A DNA stretch of 64,000 nucleotides from the human T2T-CHM13v2.0 reference genome, Homo sapiens. The position numbers and the translations under genes are program-made. Positions 56,886 to 64,000 of the stretch are shown here, piece by piece. Below the pieces are notes generated by a model. It worked only from the letters and a program-made list of their open reading frames with translations. It made no database searches and had not been told where the DNA came from. Numbering within the stretch: position 1 is the stretch's first letter; each line of letters begins with the position of its first letter. The DNA lies in NCBI RefSeq assembly GCF_009914755.1, contig NC_060927.1, one strand, 5' to 3'.

Positions 56886-58559
56886 CTGTGTTTTATTTTA
56901 ACTGGCTTTCCTTTCTCTTTTTTGTTTTCGTTACATTTTTGTCTATCATAAACTCTCAGAGTTGGAAGTCATGATATCTAGGATTGCCAATAAAGTCAGG
57001 CAACCTTTTCTCTAGGTACAACAATCTCTATTTTCAAGATAGTTTACTGTGGCCTTTTGATGCATCATTAGTAGTCTTTTGGCTTGGTGAAATTGAGAGA
57101 GAAGGCTATCAGTCACTCAGCAAAGCTGCTATGGGACAGATAGGCTCATACCACCTGATATATGAACCACTACATGTGATTAACTTCGACAGGTAGCTCC
57201 TGGCCGGCTGGCAAGCTGAAGAGCATTTTAAGTACAAATAATAGTTCTGGGGTATGTCTTGAGTGATAGAATGATGACTGAGTGGAACAGATTCCCTTAA
57301 TTTTAGCTCATGAAAACACATTTGGTTTCCTTCAGAAGCTGGGATCCTACCAAAAAATCAATTAACAAAACTTCTCAGAGATCTTCCTTGATACTTGGAA
57401 GTTTGGCTTTTATTGCACTTATATTAAATATGGGACCACCCTGGGGGGCCAGACTCATTCATCTCAGTCTTCAAAGGGCCTATCATGATCATTTGCAACA
57501 ATTTAATAATAATATTAGAAATTTTCACCATATTTTCACTATTGCTGCAAAGTTTAGAATGTACTCAACTATCCATTGAAGCAGGTCTTATTGACAGGTG
57601 GCAAAACTGACTTAGAGCAGTGAATTAACTTTCTAGTAACACACACCAATGAGTGGCAGAGTAGACAACTGTACTCAGGTCTCATGACCAGAGGTCTTTC
57701 TAATGAATTTTTCTGAAATGGGATTGAATAGGGTAAAATGTCTCAGTCTACATCATCCATCTCATCATCATTTCTTCTTCTCGTAAGTTGATTCTAGAGG
57801 CCCTCAGTTTGCTAAAGATTAGATAGGTCCTCCAGGGTTTCAAGGAGGGAAACATAATCTAACTTCAGGGCCACTGTGGAGTGAGATGCATCTTTCTTTC
57901 TTTCTTTTTTTTTTTTTCTTTTCGATATTGCAAAGACCACTGGATATAATTTCACTTCCTCTTGGATTTTTTTTGATGGTCTAACAATTTAAATACTGTA
58001 GTTCCTGTTATACAAAGAACATGGTCTGCTAGAACGGAAATGTTTAATTCTCAGAATTCATTGAAATCCATTGATGATCATATTTGACATCTACTGGTCA
58101 TCCTGAGTGAAGTTTAGCCATTCAGAGTTCAAACGATGAGTCTTCATATACAGATGGTTATAAAAAGACTCACCTCTGCTTAAGGTAATCAAGTTTGGCA
58201 TGGAAACATGAGCAAAGGTAATTAAACTCAGAAGATTTGCTAACATTAAAAAATGGCAATTTCCTGGAACAAAAATGTGAAAAGCTAATTCCCCCCACCC
58301 CCTCATCACCTGCTCCTCTCTCTGCTTTTGCCATAGCAAAGCCCTATAAAGAAACTGGCCACCAGGGTCATTATCAGTCTGAGCTGAAAATTTGATTAAG
58401 CTGGCCTCCTAGGGTTAGTATGAAAAATGCTACATTTTTGTTCTTGGACCTTAATTCCTCTTTCCCTCATTTTTGTCATGTTTGCAAATTTCATTTGCAT
58501 TTAATTTCCTGTGGTTTGCCAAAGTCCAGACTGAGACTTGAGCTGTTGTTTTTATTCAG

Positions 58560-58619
58560 GTGAGAAGTGCAACTGCTACTGACCATCTGCACTGGCATCT
58601 AGTCAAGCGATTGTCTGAG
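58560..58619 (+). CDS. GRM7: GRM7 minor alternative exon (mGlu7e-type tail SEKCNCY)
   Basis: Acceptor gttgtttttattcag|GT. Phase 1 reads SEKCNCY* (stop 58580-58582), matching my recollection of a reported minor tail. The 3' boundary is inferred from a GC donor, GAG|gcaagt, at 58620. Confidence 0.75.
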
Positions 58620-59289
58620 GCAAGTATCTGTCCTTCTAAGTGTCCTAAGGAAGCTTTGCTACCCAGCCCACCAATGAACTTAATGATGAGTGAAAGAGAC
58701 CTTATCCTGTTTGCATGAGTTTAGTCGGGGGTAGTTCTCATCACATGCCAGCAACATCCTCTTAAAAGTCCAACATAATTAAGGAAATTGCACTAAAGAT
58801 GTCTTGAGATCATGGCCCACTAGAATATTGTCTAGGAGCTTTATGTAAGGAAGACATCCATGGTACCAAATGATGAAGAGATCCCTACTGTGATCTATTG
58901 TTCTACTGTGATGCAATACTGAAAAGCCAGTCTCTTTCTGAGTACTGGATTCTCAGTTTTTTCTGGGTCAAGAATGCAGGAAGAGTAGCATTCATGGGGG
59001 GTTCTGACCTATTCCCATTTACAGGAAAAGAAAATCAAATAAGGGATCAGTAGGTGAAACTTTATCATTAATGCCAAGCAAGAAAATGCTGACTCTTTAG
59101 AAAAGATCATCTCTCTGTGTCTAAATTTCCTCATCTGCAAAATAGAACCTCATATGGTAGTAGTGAGAAATAAATAAAGGTAAAGGGCTTAGATCAGAAT
59201 TTGGCACAACAGCCGTTCAAATGTTAACCATCAGTGTTGTGATGGCGTCATCTCAAATTAACTGGATTTTCTGTTTCTGTTTCCTCTAG

Positions 59290-59395
59290 GAAAGGATTTT
59301 GGAGATTCCCATCTGATATTCTTCTATTTGGTCTCTTGTACCCATTGTCATCCTGTACCACACATAATAAAGTTTAAGAATGTCAAGCAATCCAT
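59290..59395 (+). other. GRM7: Candidate proximal terminal (3' UTR) exon of minor GRM7 isoforms
   Basis: Very strong acceptor ttttctgtttctgtttcctctag|G, TGTA at 59337 and 59354, AATAAA at 59366-59371, U/GU-rich tract at ~59405-59416. End coordinate approximate. Confidence 0.6.
59366..59371 (+). terminator. Polyadenylation signal AATAAA in a complete 3'-processing context
   Basis: Two upstream TGTA (CFIm-type) motifs, a downstream TTTTTGTTTGG, and a strong acceptor 76 nt upstream. Confidence 0.55.
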
Positions 59396-60509
59396 CTGCA
59401 TCTAATTTTTGTTTGGAACAACCTGCAGGATTTTACATCTTGAAATATCAACACATCTCCTGTCTTGTCTTCAACCTATTTAGTATTGATCATTTTTGGA
59501 GCAATGATGCCTTAAAGCCAAAATTTCACTGTATTGTCAAATGAGCTATCTGGGAAATCACATTTAAACACACTCAGTTTTCATTTAATTTCATAACACA
59601 ACGCATGTTTCCTGACTCTAGGCATAAATACATTCAACATTTTCACCATCATGGTTTAAAAATTAGTACCTGTTAGTACTCAGATATTTAAGGAAACACC
59701 AATGACCAATTTTAAAAAGTCCTATGTATGGCAGAAAATTTGCCAAAAACAAACCTTCTAAAGTACATTTCAGTTTATACTTCGGTCTAATTTAAATCAT
59801 TTGTTCCCCTAACCTGGTGGGCATCAAAAGGTCACCTGTATTTAACAAGCTTCCCAGTGATTCTGATGCACATCCAGGTTTGGGAAACAGTCTTATTTTT
59901 TAAATTGTCCTTGATAAGAAACACATGCAATACGGCATTGAAGTGATGGTGATCACTTACAGAGCAAAGTGTTTTTCATGGTATTAAAATGATTGATTTT
60001 TGAAAAGTTATTTGGGTTTATTGCACAAGTGGCATCTACCATGTCCCCAAGAAGTCACCCCTCTGTAGGCTAGCACTGTGAGAAGCTATGTCAAGGTCCT
60101 CTCTCAAGAGACTCTCCAGACTGGTGTTGCAGACTAAATAAAGCTGAAGTTAATTGCTGAGCTCTGTTACTGGAGCAGAAAAACATAGCATCACCTTTGT
60201 TTAAAGCTGAATCTCCATGACAACACTCAATAAGAAGCTGGGTCAATATTCCTTTTTTCTGCACTCAGTCAGCCACAAGGCCTGGCCTTTTGTAGGCAAA
60301 GTGTGTTGATACATCTTATGCAATCATTTCAAGGCACTCAGCCGAGGAAGTCTACATTTTTTTTTAGCCCTGAAGTCCTCAAAGAGATTATGATTTTTAA
60401 ATCTTCATTTATGCTTTCTATGCGTTTCTGCCCAATCAAGTAGTGAAAATGGTCAGGATAGTCTTCCATAACTGTTGCTGTTAATAAATCAGCCATGATC
60501 TTGTGGAGA

Positions 60510-60770
60510 AGCAGTCTAGTGCCCAGGTTAAGACTTAAGATGCTGGAGCCCATATACCTGGATTCTAAATCCAACTTTGTCGTTCTCCAGATTGTGATGT
60601 GGCCATGTTGCCTACTCTGCACATCAGTTTTCTCATCTGTAAAATTGGTATAATCTTAGTAACTACCGCATGGGGCAGTTATTAGGATTAGATTAGTTAA
60701 TATATATGACATGATGCTTAAAACAGTGATTGGCATAAAATAGAATGCTAAATAATTTGTTGTTTCTCCT
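60510..60770 (+). mobile_element. MIR
   Basis: cctggattctaaatcc...tcagttttctcatctgtaaaattgg core. Confidence 0.8.
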
Positions 60771-60789
60771 TAATGACTATCATCAACTG

Positions 60790-60990
60790 ACATATAGTTG
60801 TCAATCCATACAGTAGCCACTGGATACCTGTGGCTATTTAAATTAATGAGAATTAAATAATCTTAAACATTCGGCTTCTCAGTTGCACTAGTTAGATTTC
60901 AGGTTCTCAACAGGCACATGTAGCTAGCAGCTCCCATATTGGACCACAAAGTTAGAGAAGATTTCCATTATCACAAAAAATTAAATAGCA
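60790..60990. mobile_element. MER33/MER3-like fragment
   Basis: gtagccactggatacctgtggctattta...cacatgtagctagcagctcccatattggac. Confidence 0.65.
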
Positions 60991-63249
60991 CTGAGCCACA
61001 GCTTAGAGAAGGTAAAAAGAGGGATAAGAACGTCCTTTACAGAAGAGTTCCTGTTGTTCTTAATACTCCCCATTGCTTATGAGAATTGTCTATAGGTCTC
61101 TCAGGAGTGTTTGGACCCATTTCTTTTGTAGCTTCTAGTAAAAAGCCATTTACATTGTAGAGTGTACGACATATATTGTGAGCTAACAAAAATAGTTTGC
61201 CAGAAATGATGTTCTCTTAGTTGAGAAGGTTTCCCCAATTCCTTTCACAAGCTATGTTTAATGCTTTCTATTCATTCATTCTATAGTTGAACCTAATTCT
61301 TGAAAAGGAGGCAAGATGGCAAGTTTGTTTGTGGTCAGTACATGGAGAATGACTACAGTAAGGCCCTGTATCTAAGGGAGGATGGTTTTCTTAGTCACCA
61401 CCCAAATGGAAGTAATGTGCATATTCACTCATCATGCCATGTTTCCTTAGTAACAGAAAAGCCAAATTAAATATTCAAGGATATGAACAGAGGCTTCACC
61501 CAACCTTAAACAGAACACTTCCAAGCACTTTTCACTTGGATTGGCCAACTTTGAGATTCGGTTGTCAGCTGGAAAATTCTCTTTTTCTAAAAAGTCAAAT
61601 TGACGTGTCTTATTTTTTTCTGTGCATGGTTAGCCCTTGGCAACATTGTCTGACAGTTGCTTTGTAAATGTTTCAGAAGGAAAAAACAGTACAGGCAAAG
61701 GACTGAAGATGGCTATTTTTCAGCGATCAGAAGTTTTATGTGAATCGTGAACAGTTAATAATGTTTTACATTAGCTAGAGGAGTTTCTGCTGTCAATTTA
61801 TATATTGGGAGAGCTTTTATTTAAAACTAGCATGGAAAGCTAGTAAGAAGAGCCAGCAAAAGATATTTAATCCCAGTTCCAGGCCAGTTCTATCAATCGG
61901 GTTGAGTACACTACAGCTAAAGATAAACCTCCCTCAGCATCTCAGGTGCTCATTCCAGACAGAACTCAAGCTGTTAAATGGCCAGATAAGGGAATGAGAA
62001 AGAAAGAACCATGTCTTTCTTTCTATGAACTTGCATACAAGCTATACATTTTTAAAAATATTGACTTCTCAATCTTCTCAATAAAATAGCATCAATGAGT
62101 TTGTGTCCAGAAGTATAAAATAGGCAAAAAAGAAAAATATACCTAATTTTTAAAAATTACATCATCATCAATTAACTATTGTAATCAACTTGCCCTTATG
62201 TACATTTTATAGTTTTGTTTTATTATGTGCTTGCAAATTCAGCATCTTTTTTTTATCTTCAGGGTATCTCACTGAGGTAGGTGTCATTATCCTCATTTAT
62301 AGAAAGCCTGAAGTAAGGCTCAGAGAGGCTAAGAAAATGATCCAAGGTATTAGTGACAGAAGTTTTAGAACCCGTTCTGATCCCTTTATACCTCAGCATT
62401 TCTTCATTAAAGAGCTGTAATATTTTTGAACTAAAAAATTTAATTTTAAGCCAAGGAGAGAACAACAAAAGTTATCTCATGATAGAAGATTCAGATTTAC
62501 AATGCAGTGTACAAAATCATTTTAGTTTCTTCTACTCATAGATGATGAGCAGTGAGTCGCCACTTGTCACCTTATCTAGCTCAAGCCAGAATGGAAAATC
62601 AATCAAGACAGACAGCTTTAAAAGGAGGAGTGAATTATTAGCGCTACATAGCAGTTCATGGTGCATATCTCCCCAAGGCCAGAAGGCTGGCATAGCTGAA
62701 GATGAGTGTCTGTCTTGTGTCTGAGGGAGGAGACAGCATTCCACTCTGCACTTTCACTCAGCTTTTGGCTTTCAGTGCCAACTATTAAGGAGGTTCCACC
62801 ATTACTGTAGGGGTTATAAAGACACTGCAAATGCCCAATTTAAAACCAGGCTTCTTGTGTTCGAACAAATCGTCTTGTGAGGTTTACTAAAAAGGTTATA
62901 TTAAGTCTGAAAAGAAAGAAAAGTTTGCTATTAATTTACAGAGTGGTTACTCTTGTTAGGGACTCTGCATGGAAGGCTGAGATAGAGCAAGCCGTAGCTC
63001 CTCCAAGAGTTTGCAATTAAAAGGAGAAAGGAGAACAAATTACTCTTTGCCAGGCATTATACATTGACTTATGCCAGATGTATGTAAAGAGGACTGAAGG
63101 GGGCCATTTGCAAGGGGAAAGTCTGACTATGGCTTAAAGATGAGGCAATATGGGAGAGAGTGTTCTGGGCAGAGGGATCGTCCTCAATAAAGTCCAAATG
63201 CATAAAGTGGCAGCAGCAGTGGCAGCCATGCTGTGTGGCACATATTGGG

Positions 63250-63480
63250 TTCTTCCCATGCACCAGCCACTATTCTGTGTACTTAATATGTATTAGCTCA
63301 TTTAATTATACAACTGTATGTGATAGACATCATTAGGCTCCTTTTACAGATAAGCAAACTGAGGTACAGATATTTTAAATAATTTTCTCTAAGTCACACA
63401 GTTGATAAGTAGAGGATCTTGGAGATAAGCCCAGGCCATTTGGGCCCAGAGATCATGCTCTAACCAATGGACTACCTCCC
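63250..63480 (-). mobile_element. MIR
   Basis: ttttacagataagcaaactgagg...aagtcacacag. Confidence 0.8.
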
Positions 63481-63540
63481 AGTGGTAGGTAAATACATGG
63501 TGTGTTTGTGGAAGGTCTGTTTTCCAGTACAGCTAAACCA

Positions 63541-63728
63541 CAGGCCTTTTCAACCATGGCACTACTGACATGTGGGCCTGGACAATTCTTGTTGCAGTGG
63601 GCTGTCCTCTGCATCTGAGGATGTTTAGCAACATCTTTGACTTCCACCCCAATGCTGACCATCAAAGACATCGCCAGAAATTGCCTAATGTTTTCTGAGG
63701 GCACAATTACTCTCAGTTAAGTACCCCC
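63541..63728. mobile_element. MER20
   Basis: ggcactactgacatgtgggcctggacaattcttgttg...gatgtttagca. Confidence 0.8.
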
Positions 63729-64000
63729 GGGCTACTACATGATGGGTAAGCCTGGAGAAGAGCAGAAAAAACAACTAGAACTTAGCTGTGAATATTCCCA
63801 AATTCTCTTCTGAAAGCTATGGGAATGTACTCTATATAGAGAAAGATGTCAATTGAGGTTTTACAACTGAGGAGTAGCAGAAAAGATAATATGCAGAAAC
63901 ACTGGGGCGGGAAGTATTGTCAGAGACCCTACATGCTTTCGGCATCTTAGCTTAGGAACAGGATATATCTGCAGACTTTATAAAAATCTATGCTCAAAAA

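Noticed and set aside
59400-64000. Search for the mGlu7a terminal exon (SPAAKKKYVSYNNLVI)
   Set aside because: Not seen in the window; presumably lies further downstream.

Overview
Primate, almost certainly human, genomic DNA (Alu/L1/L2/MIR-rich, AT-rich) from the 3' part of GRM7 (metabotropic glutamate receptor 7) on the + strand. Positions 1-44987 are one long intron. 44988-45234 is the 247-nt exon encoding TM7 and the proximal C-terminal tail. It is followed by a cluster of small alternative C-terminal exons that the ORF track misses: the 92-nt mGlu7b exon (51293-51384) and exons that reconstruct three minor tails, NFFFGCTVELGLHFKLTFSRNQSNL, ITSEDLSLHKED and SEKCNCY (55967-56033, 56137-56255, 58560-58619). 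A candidate proximal terminal exon with UGUA/AATAAA lies at 59290-~59395. I did not find the canonical mGlu7a last exon (SPAAKKKYVSYNNLVI), which presumably lies downstream. The most interesting signal is the splice logic of this cassette: a YAG|GTGAGA recursive-splice-like site paired with a GC donor, a dual-frame exon, a slippage-prone T10 at an exon start, stops on both sides of the NMD boundary, and a candidate poison exon with a perfect donor. The rest is ordinary transposon-rich intron, and nearly all other ORF-track entries are spurious. Repeat subfamily calls and boundaries are by eye and approximate. I see no evidence for a wholly new gene system.
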